NCBI GenBank assembly: GCA_002633005.1
Contig: NMRA01000577.1
Span: 1 to 64,000 of the forward strand
DNA: 64,000 bases
Source: Phoronis australis
Lineage: Eukaryota; Animalia; Phoronida
Reading direction: 5' to 3'
A program made the translations under genes and the position numbers. Numbering within the stretch: position 1 is the first letter of the stretch; the number at the start of each line of letters is the position of its first letter. The notes beneath the pieces are model-generated. The model was not told the origin of the DNA, made no database searches, and saw only the letters and a program-made list of their open reading frames with translations. Shown in pieces: positions 29,101 to 41,100 of the stretch.

Positions 29101-32100
29101 TGCACTAAGACGCACGAGATTACAACTACTAAAGTGCTTTTGTCAACACATCTGCTAATTTGAAGCCGGATTTAAGAACTCAGGTGTTTTTGATGCCATC
29201 TTTAATCTCCTAGCTTGCATCTCTTCTAGGCAAACTGTGACACTGTGTCTCATATCACTGAGTAATTAAAAGGTGATCCGTGCGACTGATGAGCATGAAA
29301 AAAGTGTTTGTGTTGAAGTCGGTTAAATCTTCACCTATTTACCACGCAATATGGCGGACAAGTGAGATTTTATTTTGTCAAATTTCTCACCAAATACGAC
29401 TATAAATCATGAAAATATTAATCTGTCGTAAATCAACATTTTGTGGAATTTGTGTTATTAACATTAAAGTAAAAAGTCTTTGAAATGTAGAAAAATGGTA
29501 ATTTTAGTAATTACTTTTGTGTAAAATTAGTGAATAATTACCATGCAGTATATTGCTCCTGTTGGTGTAATGATACTCATTAAAGTCTTAACTTGTTCCT
29601 TTAATCTAACTCTGTTGACTTGTTTTGGCTTGCACCCATTGGGTACTTGCCATAAAAAGGGTTTGTTGACTTTTTCGAGACCAGTATCCCTGCAAAAGGA
29701 TGCCTTTTCTGACAAAATTCCTGACGAAAGGGTGTCTTTTCCAATTTCATTGTCTCTTGTTGGTTGTTCAAAACTTAAACAATTGGAAGTTTTCACAGTT
29801 TTTAATTGATACTTTTTAAACTTTGGTTACAAAAGATTTACTTGACAATATGGAATCGGTCTTCATGTACGATTTCGAGTTTAAGGTTATCTCCAACCTT
29901 ATTCACAAAAATTGTCCATTTTCACAATGTATCACTTGTGTCTAGCAAAATACCTTATCTTCATTCTCGGGGAACTTCAAATACAAAATATATACCGCGT
30001 AGCGAGAAAAAAAAGATTTAGCAGAACCACTTTGGAACCGCACAACCGTGTGGATATTTGTTTACTACTTATCCAAGGTCAAAGGTTGAAGGGCTTTCAA
30101 TTAAATCGAATCTCCTGCCAGGTACAGAACAGCTTCAGTCCTTTCATTCACAAAGTCACCATAACATTGAGCCAATGAGGTGTACCTATGATAGAATGGT
30201 GCCAGGGAAAACGAAGACAAAACATAGTTTTGATCCTTAGGGAGTTGTGCGTCTACATGCATACAGCTGTTGAAATTGAAAATGAATGCTACGAGTCGCC
30301 TCAGGCCTCTGTGGTCATGAACACAGAAAGTTGTGAAAAGAGTTAAATCCTCACCCTAATTCCTTAATTCAATTAACAAGTTAACATTTCGATGTTTCGA
30401 TCTCATGCTAACGACATACTTTAACCACTGATTCGATTTTTGTAATCCATTTCTTACTTGGTTTCGTATCAGTCTCCCAGCTCGTGACGTGTACAGGCTA
30501 TGAACTGTGACCTACTTAGAAAGTAGGGCGTAAACAACAGTAAAAGTTGGCTGGGAATGATACGATACGTCTATTTGAGGTTTTAATGATAATTAAGTTA
30601 GTTACGCACTGCAAAATCATTGACATTGCGAGTGAACGTTGAAATAGCTAACATAGTTAAGGATTGTATAGGTTATGTGTACCGAAAACAAGTTTTAACC
30701 GAATAATTAACCAAAGACTTTGAGATTTTCACTTGTCCCAGTTTAATCGGCTTTTTCTCGGCTTCGGCGAAACGACTTCATTTGAACTTAGGAACACTAT
30801 TTCTTGAAAACAGCTGGATGGATTTCGCAGAAACTTTCCAAATTTAGTATTTAGTCATCAATCTCAAACACGCTATTAGGATTTTTGATATAAAGGCCTA
30901 GTTCTTGCATAATGTGACAAAGACAAAAACGTCTTCAGTTTTTTACAAAAATACCTTACGTTTTGCGAGTTGATTTGTCATAGAAAGCAAACGAACAGAC
31001 TAATCGAAAATTCCTAACAGCGTTTTTGAGGTAACTGGTGAAGTTTTTATTTAAAAAAGGTTTCATTAAAATCGACCGAGGGGTTATTTTGCTGTGAATG
31101 TACCTTTCTTAAAAATGAAATTTTGACTTAAAAAAGGTTTTTACGTAAAAATGATAATGGCACATAAATACAAAAAGTATATTTACATTTCCTGGTCTTT
31201 GTTCTTTCAGAAAATATATACTTTTACTAGTTGACAAAGCTTAGTTTTTGATATACAAGTTAGAATGGAGGCCACTAAATAAGGTTGGAGATAACCTTAA
31301 TGGATTAGAAGTTCACCGGTGTAAGAATCCCTATTTAGGGGTAAGAATTGGCCTCTGACACGGTGCAGGGTGTTTCTGTCACCCATCCCTGCCAAAGGGT
31401 GACTTGGAAGCTTTCTGCGAATGTAACACTTTTTTCCAAACCCACTTTCTAGTTGCGCTGATTTCCAGCTACACCCCACGGTTAAAATATAATGCGTCCA
31501 CCGTGCCGCTGGAGCGGTAACCTGTCTGCACCCTCCCGCTGTTCGCTCATCTTCATGCTCCCCCTTGTGTCCTATAGGAGAGCTAGATTGTAGAATGTCA
31601 GTCTTAAGAAGCTTTTCTCCACTCGGTGATGGAGATTTTTATCTGTTGTTACCAAATCCGGAAATGATCAGTTCCTTCTGATATTGTGTGGTCTTTATTG
31701 TTAATGTTGTTTTTGTTGTTGTTGTTTTTGTTGTTGTTGTTGCTGGTGTTGGTGATGACAGTCAGTCATTTTCAGGATGTTTCCTGTGTTTTCAACTGCT
31801 CGACAACGTTGATGTCTTTAGCTCTCTCTCTCTCTCTCTAATCACGCTTTTCCACCCGCATTTCCTGTTGTTGGACGACTTAAAGTGAAACAAAATACTG
31901 AGAGCTTGGTGTGGCCTCCTTTCAAAACAGCCTGTATGAAGCGATTTATTAATGGTGACATTTGCCTGTTGTAAGATTTAACTGTTTGCCACTGTCATGG
32001 GTAGAGAGTTGACATTTTGAGTTGGTGTTAATCTGCTGTCAAAAGTCATTCTTGTTATTTCCCCTGGTCGTTCTACAGTCACTTCATAGTCATTCTTGTT

Positions 32101-35100
32101 ATCTCCCCTGGTCGTTCTACAGTCACTTCATAGTCATGGCTAATAAAAAGACAAAATATTCAGTCAAGACTAGATGTCATTGCAGCAAAGTAAAGTGTAC
32201 CTCAGTATATTCTCGAGCACTAGTTATGTTAAGAGTTGCTTTTTGTCTTGATCCTTCTTCTTAGAGAATATTGAAGGTGCATTTTTGTTTTATTTTGCTG
32301 TTTAAGTAAAGCAGCATTTGACATAATCATTAATAATTGAAATAAAACACGTTAATATAATGCTAATGTTATAGTTACTTTTTAGAAGACAAAAATTTTC
32401 ATTTTGTGAAATATGTTCTTGCTAATTGTCAATTGTTGATGAGTCTTATGGAAGTATGAATTTGTAATTGTCTGACAAAACTTGCCCACATTTTGAGAAC
32501 CAGTTTACTCCAGTGATTATTAAGCATCAAACTGGTTCTCAAAATGTGGTCATGTTGTATCTAACTAATACCATAAGAATCTCATCGTGTGTTATTGTCT
32601 CTTATATGTTATCTTAGTATCGAGTTAGATATTAACTAGCTTTGTAATTTTTTTGTAAAACCTGTGAACTCAAGCTGGGCAGCCATTTATGAACAAAGGC
32701 AATCTCTCCCTTAGTTTGTTTCCATGGCAACATTCTCCTTATCGTTTAGCTGTCAACTAAAATGACACCTGACTTCAGAAAAGCCATTGTGTTGTGTCTC
32801 TAGTGTGCCTCTATTGGAGCAGTCAGATTACCTCCTAACCACACTTAAGTTGGAGTCTGCTATATTGATTTTTTTCCACAAGATTGTGTCTCCTGAAATC
32901 TCAGTCGCAGACTCCTCCCTCGACTATTAGTTCTGCTTCCAATATGTATGGAGGGGAGATCAGGTTGAGCTATTATGTATGGAAAGGAGATCACGTTGAG
33001 CACTTTGCCTTGTGGGCTGTGGGTGATGTAGATTATGTTCCGTTTAAGTCTCAAAATTACTTTGGCTAATAATGTGCCCTGTAATTTTACCGAAATGAAC
33101 TGCATCCATTTTCTAGAATGTTGTGTTCCACCGTGTCCTGCCCACCCTTGCGCAAAAATAGACTTGCCCAATCTTAGACTTTTCTGCTAACCTGAAGGTA
33201 TATAATCCCATGCAAATTTTCTGTGTTCTTAGTTGGCCTTTTGGACATAAAGTTCATAGTGGTTCATGGTTAGAGCCTCCAGGTTTTGGTAAGGTTAAAT
33301 GTAGTTGATGTGGTTATGATAGAAGCCTGCGAGAGACTGAATAGGTTTTAGATACTCGCTGATTGTGATTGGCTTTTTAGCAGTTTTGTCACAGCAGACT
33401 TTTTTCTTCACATGAGGCATTGTCTCGCACTTTTCTTTTTTGTCGTACGTAGGAGTTAGTAAGTCACTGTGAATTAGTCACGTGAATAAAACAAATACGG
33501 CTAATTACTTTCTTTTTTAACAAATTCTCCATCGGCTTCTATATAAGATTGATCGTCGTTTCTGTGATAACTCATCTTCCATTTTTGTCGCTTCATATTT
33601 TTTGTTGGTGTTTAGTGACATTTTTTAAATTACTTTGGTTATAAACCACGTGAAACGTTTTTATTCAAAACAAAGTGTTGCAAAGATTACAAAGGTGCTT
33701 TTTTACTTGCATCATTCCATCTGTTAAGACCCAAAATGCTTCAGTTACTTTTGGTATCGTAGCATTAGGTGTAAGGCCACACCGTCTCTGTTCACCACTG
33801 GGGTGCTGTCTTTCTAGAGTGCTGATGAGACTTGTTGTTGGATTTAAGAAATGCATACTCTGGGACTTTTATATTTTTTGTGACTTTTTTAATAAAACCG
33901 GTTTCGGTGAGAATTCACATAACATATGTTGTATAGATTAAAACAATCATTGAAATTACATCTACGTGATTGAAATTTTCTACGGAATGGTGATCATATT
34001 TCGTTTTTTTTTGCATTCAATTTTTGTGAAGTATGGTTTCTTGAACGTTTTTAAATATGATTTAAGGAAGGCAAGATGTTGGTAATATTTGAAACCAGAT
34101 ATTTTTTACAATCGTGTTTCTTGAGAAAGAAGCATTCACTAAATGTAGGATACAAGTTGGTTTTATGAGCGTAACCTTGTTGCATTGTGAAATGGGTGTA
34201 AGAATGCACTTTTCAAATTCAGTCTCATGCTGTTACACCCACACTGATGGTTTTTTATTAATTTCCAATATTTCACCTGAGATTTTGTTTGTCTGTTGGC
34301 TAAGCTGAACTTACTAATTAGTAGACGAGGTTATTACGAGCTATGGCCAGCATATTGATCGTTAGCATCTTATAGGTTGCTTGATAACGACTCTTTATTT
34401 TCAAAATATTAGTTCTCATTGAAATGAACAGTGTGCTGTTGCAGCGCCACCTGGAGGCTGGGAATCATGAGTATCTCTGTTTTATACTCGCTTGGTTTTG
34501 GAATTTTAAGAAAGGTTTCATTTAGCATTTGCCAAACATCATCTTGGTTGATGTAGACGAATGATTTCTGTCTTTGTATTTGGATTAGGATATCATTTGT
34601 GTTTAGTTATTATTTTGTTTGGGATATTGTTTATAGCATGTTGGGCACTGTACTATATTCATACATATTACTTTTTCTTGGACTATCATTTGTATTATTC
34701 TTACTACTTATTAATAATATGTTATCATTGTTATATACTTGATACTTTCTAAGTGCACACATGCATATATGTGTGGTTGCATATTGTCGTCACTCTGTCT
34801 GGGTATCCACTCGATATGTCAAAAACCCCTGGTCAAATCTTAATGAAATTGGCACAAATGTACAGGTCATCATAAGAACGATGCATGCCACCTTTCAATA
34901 TGCCCGCCCCCCGGGTCCAAAGGGTGGGCATTTTAGTGTTCTTGGGGATGAGCATTTGTAGGTAATATCTAGAGAACTCATGGTTGATTTTTGGGCAGAT
35001 TCGACCGCTGTAGCCCCCCTTGGTCGACGTTTTGGTCTCGACAAGTGGCTTTTTTAGTATTTCTGGAGAGTGTTTCTGTATGATACCAAGAGAGCCGTAT

Positions 35101-38100
35101 AAAGGATTTCAGTGAAACTTGACACAGAAGTATGTTATAGGATTACACCGACTCCAGTCTATTTTCAGACAATCTCAACCACTAAAGCACCCCCTAGTGC
35201 CCTTTTTGTCTAGTTGTCTGCTCGATATCTCAAAAGCCCCTTTGATGAAATTTGACACCATGGTGTAAGACATCACTGGGGCAGTGTATTCCACTTTACA
35301 ATATGTGGGAGTTTGGGCGAGGGCTTTAAAGATGTATTTGTTCTTGAAAAAGGGCTTTTTAGTAGGTTTGGGAAGAATATATCCAGATGAAACCTATAAA
35401 AGTGATTGGCAGATTGATAGAGAGGTATGGATGCGTGTACCCAGCCTAAAAAAATGGCGGGCTCGAATTTTTGAGAATGTAGACTTTTAACCAAGATTCA
35501 CGGGATACGTTCAGAGCTATGAATTGTGCATTCGCTGAATTTTAGTAGTTCCTGCCTTTTTAGTTGAGTTTTGTCTCGTTTTCTAGTTTTTGATTCTCTG
35601 AGGTGGACCTTTTTGCCTACTTTGCCAAATGGGGGGTTCGTTCGAGCAATGCGCTGGTACCATTTGATTTTCAGGCAGATTTGACAACTGAGCACCCTTT
35701 GGTGGCCATTCCATTTTGGAGGTGACGGCCGTTATCAATTTTGAGCGGATTCCAACAAGTTCCGTGCCCAATGTCATTTGTGTCTATCTGTGTGTCTGCC
35801 AAACCTCATGGTTGTTTTTTGTGAAAAGTACACCACACCTGTAAATGTTTGGATGACCTATGCTTTGTCCCTTTATGGCTTTTTTATTTCTTTTTTACTT
35901 TTGTATTGGGAAAGGATCTGTTTTCCCACAATAGTCAACCCTCATACTTTGTACGGTCATAAGATTTAGTCTTCAATCTTTCTTTTCGTGTTAAAGACTA
36001 TATCAACTAGAAACTGAAGACAGACATAATGGTTTCAATCTTAGTCAAGTTATAGACTTCAGATACAAATCATGTTGAAATATGTGATACTGTTGCGTGT
36101 GTCCTTCGGTCCTTGCAGACAGCATGGCCCAAAACCCAGTAAGATCTCTTCACGATGTCCGCTCCTGCAGCATCTAGCACAAGTTATTGATTTTTCTCCT
36201 CTTCCTCATCTCATTAGGAAGTCGTATTGCTGTCACATGATGCAGATTTATGGCACTTCTTGTAATCACTGTAAAATTCTGCAATTTTCTAGAGGGCCAC
36301 TGCTCCTCCGATTGATTGATTACGGTTTTACGGTTGCTTGTACTAATTACGCTATTCAACTGGATCGAAAATTGTAGTATCAGAGGACTTCGTAAATGAG
36401 CACGTGTTACGAGGACGTAGCGAAGCCTTACTAGTTTGTTTTGCAAAGTTAGTCTTGACCATCAGTTTTAAATACGCTGTATGCCGTATCTGCAGAGAAT
36501 GTTTTCAATTTCGACCCCTTCTAATCATGCACTCATGCAAATTGTACATTCCCACTATTAGCTACAACATAATGGATACCAAAATTTATTTCCGCTTCAT
36601 ACTATTTTTTAAGTGCTAGGGCTAGGTGTCAGGTACGTTTTGTTATTAATTAAATATGGCTATTTGTAGGTGTTAAATTTGTGCTAAAACTTGAGAATTT
36701 GATTTTGTGTACAAAGTGCCAATATAGTTGTACCTGTACTTTTCTTTTGTCAAGTAATATAATTAGTTGTATTTATCCATTGTCAAACATCATGATCACA
36801 TTTATTTGTTCAAAACGACTTTTTGTTATAGTACGGTGCAGTTCACTCACTGTAATTAATTAGCTAATTTATCATGTAAAACGAATTTATTATGATTGTA
36901 GTAATGAATTTAATCGATGTGTTCTACAATAGATTGCTCAAAGATTCTTGCTTGGTTTGTTTTCAGATCAATATCATGGGGAGCTTGAAAAGTTGGCTGG
37001 ACTGTCCTTTGTGGAGGCTGGCATTGGCAATGTGGTAAGGGGAGACAATTCTGTGGTTTTGTTAAATGCGCTTCTAGTGTGTGTGTGTCAGGGATCTTGA
37101 AAGATCTAATCAAGAGCAGCCAAATCTGATCACCCTTGTGCATGAAGTAGCCTACTGAGAGCCTTAGTCCATCACAAATTACCTCATACCCTCATAAGCC
37201 CCAGCAGTCTTGATTCTCATTAATTGACTTATCGTAAACTCTGCCCCCTTGTGAGAAGTTGATAAACAAACAATAAGATTTACCCAACAACGTGTTGTTT
37301 GTCGGGTAAAATGGCAGCTCGGAAACAAAGGTGTGTCAAGAATGCTGCGTTCTGATTGGTCAGTTAAGCTGTCACTCAAAATCCTGGCGATAGGTCAATT
37401 CTCCTCTTGTCAGGTTCTTCACAAAACCTTTTTAGTAACGTTTCCTTAAAAGCATCAGTTTTTGAAAATTTGAAATCACACGACAGTTATTTTCCAATTT
37501 CAGAAGCAGTGATGATGGTCCTTTAGTTCTCTCGTTTTTTGGCTTATCATTCTGAAGCCCAAGTGCAAACCAGGTGCATTTGTATGCCAGTTATCATGTC
37601 TGTGCCTAATACATAGGTCCATTTGATGTAGGTGAACTGGCTTCACTACCCCATGGTACCATCTCAGTACACATTGACAAAGGCCATTTGATGTTGGAGA
37701 ACTTGTTTCACTACCCAATAGTACCACCCCCCAGCACTGCTGAAGTTTGTGAACTTGCTTCTCATTTTGCTGCTAATCTTTTCACATGTCAACAACAAAT
37801 ACAGTAACAGTGACCTGTCATTAGGAGATGGCTGTGGTATGACCAGATAGTGTGAGGTTCACAGTATGTGTCCCATTGAGATCTATGAAGCGGTAGTGGC
37901 ACATGGCACTGTTCTATGATGGTCCTAGTTTACTACACACTGCCACTTAGTTCCTTTCTCCATACCTATAACCAGCTATTGCAATTTTACATCGTCTGCC
38001 ATTCATGTCACTGGCTCTTCAGACACAGAAATAAAATTTGCCAACCAGGTGAGGCTGAGGTTGAGCTGAACTGCCCTTGGACCGTCGTTTGAGGGTGATT

Positions 38101-41100
38101 TCACCCTTGTGACCCCCCACACATTGGTTACGACAATCTTCTTGTAGGGTGCTCATGGATGTGGTTTTCCTGGAGGGTAAACTTGTAGTTTCACATTGGG
38201 GAAGATCTCGAAGTTCATTGTTCAGTTTTGTTAAACTAAAAGATGTCTGTGAATTATGTATGCTGAGAAAGTTCAACTCAGATAAGAGACACTGAGCAAG
38301 TGGCCCGCTAACGACTAGTGGCATTTGATAAGCTACATTGCGCGATTGTAACCTTTTCCTTGTCAGAATCCCTGCCACTGGCTGTAATTCCAAGTTGGCT
38401 GACTCTGCATTTAATTTAAAATCAATAGACCTGGCTTGTTCTGTATCAAGTGGCGGTAATTACCTTGCGTTGACCAGACAGCCTGGCTCAGTTGAACTAT
38501 CTCTCTGAACACGGTGCCGCCATTTTGTTGAAAGAAGCTCTGAAGTCAACAGCAGATGAACAGAAAGTACTAAAATCGTATATTCTAACTGTCCATGAGA
38601 AATCTGTAAAAGTCGCACATTTTCGTATTACACTCAAAGTCAATGTGGACACTGCCTTGAGAGCCAGAAGGTGTTTTGCTTCACGCTATATACTTTGGAA
38701 GAAAATTTTCAACCCTATGTTGTTCTTGAGTTTCAGGGAATAGTTGATAGTCTTATAAATAGCAAATGTGACATAATGAAGAAACCAGAAACTTTGATCC
38801 CAAGAGATGTAATTAAAAACCTATTTCTATCTACCTGTTTTGATTAAAGGCGAGAAATTGGGTCTGTTATTCATTGTGTTGTACCTAATTTAAGTACAGT
38901 CCTGCTGAGACTTGGCTCATTTAGTGTATTTTTACTGGAAGCCTCTGTGTAATGGGTTTAACTTCAATAATTAACTTTCCATGCATTGAAATCCCTTCAG
39001 CACTAGCGTGATAACTTTTTGGCCTGTAGTTGTTACTGAACTGTTGGCTGTGAATTTCTCAGACGTGGAGTGACTGCCACCGTCATTTGCCCCACCCTGT
39101 ATTCCAGCACAAGCTACTGGTGGAGTCAAAAGACAGCAGTCCACCTCGCTATTTCATCCTCACCTTTGTCTTGTGTGGCTGTGTTGCTGGCGTCTTGATC
39201 ATCGTTGTGGCCCTGTACCTGGTGCGTCGTCACTCCAGGACCAAGCAGAAGCTGGCTCAACTGGCAGGCACGGCTGACCCTAAAGAGGCGTCTCAAGACT
39301 ACCAGGTAAGGAGGTGGGAGATTATCTCCATGACTTTTGATGTCTAAGTCATGTATCAGATGAGATGCCATGACTTACTAATGTTGAGGTCATGTATCAG
39401 ATGAGGTGGAACATCATATCCATGACTTATGCTGTTCAGGTCTATATGGAACTGTTGTTGCAGTTTTTGATTTAGAGTTGTCAAAGGGTGTTGAAAGACT
39501 GTCACAACAGAACCTCTGTCCATCATGTACCCACCATCAGTGGAGTGATGATCAATGTAAAACTATGTGATTATATGAACAAATTTAGACAGTTGATGCC
39601 CAGCCATAACCACAGGTTGACAAATCACCGATGTAGCTAGATAGTCCCAGGTTTATCTCTGGGCTATCCGTGCCTACCTAAGCATCCAGCGATAGCTGAG
39701 CTTTTTGTAACCATAGCTGATCACGCGATCTTTAACTTTGTTTTCTTCGGTGATGTTTTGAAGATCACTATCAATTCAAACTTTTGAAAACAATGGTTTT
39801 GGTATACTCATACCTTCCTTGGCTGTTTGTCATATCGTATCACCAGGCCTAAGAATGAATTTGTTTTCAATAAAAATTCCACCTTGGGAACTCTGAAATA
39901 TGGCAAGTAATATTGGCATGTCATATACTAAGCCATTTTCGATCTTGTTATTAAAATGTCCTAATCAGCACATGTTGTCTACTATTTATTGAGCCAGCCC
40001 TTTGGTATTTTACATTGAGCAGAACTGTAGCAGGTGAAATGCCAGTTGAATTGCAATGTCGTTTCAAGCTTGAATTAGGTTGAATGATGACAAATTAGGG
40101 TGAATTACTGTCTCTTGTTATACACTGCAGCCACTGAAGTCATGCAATTCCTGCTGTGTGATCATTGATCCCATCTCACTACTGGTTTCAGTAGACACTC
40201 CAGTTCTGTGAGCGATTCGTGTTCAGTAGTAAGAAATCAGCTGAATCGTACTCTCTGGAGTCAATTCCCATTCAGAGGCCAAGCACTGGAAGGTCATGGC
40301 TGACCTGGTGTCTCTATTTCAGGACCTATGCCGCCAGCGAATGCAGACCAAGGCTCAAGAGAAGCCAGAGCCACTGCACATTGCGTCACGTATCGGCAGC
40401 TCATCAGAAGTAGCGCAGAGCCCACGCAGCAGCAAGAGCAGCACCTCCTCTTGGTGAGTTCTGAAAACACTGGTCATATGTTAGTTGATGCGTTGAACCC
40501 TCCTTTGGGCAGTGTAAGGTTCGAATCAATGCCCGTCTGAAGACTCTATCACTTATTTGTAACTTGTCTTAATTAAATTTTAATTATCACAGTCAGTAAG
40601 TAAAAGTACCATGAAACTTCTAATTGGAGCCTGGCTATTTATTAATTTCAGACCTTTTCCATACCTGCCTCTATCACAGATCCAACATTTACTAATTCCG
40701 CTAAAGCTACACACTGGGCAAGCAGTGAAAAGATGTCTTTATCAATTGTTCCCTCTAAGGTCATGTTATGTATCCCCGACCCATATTGTATTAGAGACCC
40801 TTTCATTTCAGCATACCTAAAATCTAGGGGTCTGGCTTCTATTGGAGACCCGCTGTTCTCTCAGTTCAGCATACCTAAGCCTGTGTCCAAGACTGACTTC
40901 TATTGGAAACTCAGCTTCTGCCAGAGTCTAATTGGTCCGGCAGTTTTAATGACCGTGTAAAATCAGTTATAAATTGCATGCTTTCAAATCGTTATCCCTT
41001 CACAACCAGAATTACGCATGCCAATATGTAAATCAATATCATGTACCATATGTACAACACTAAAACCTTTACTAACCCGTACATCTAGTCAGTTTCCTGT

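Noticed and set aside
31688-31888. Val-rich ORF resembling a TM segment
   Set aside because: Produced by (GTT)n and (CT)n microsatellites.
40505-40536. B-box-like GGTTCGAATC within a gggca/tgccc stem
   Set aside because: No A-box or cloverleaf; not a tRNA gene.
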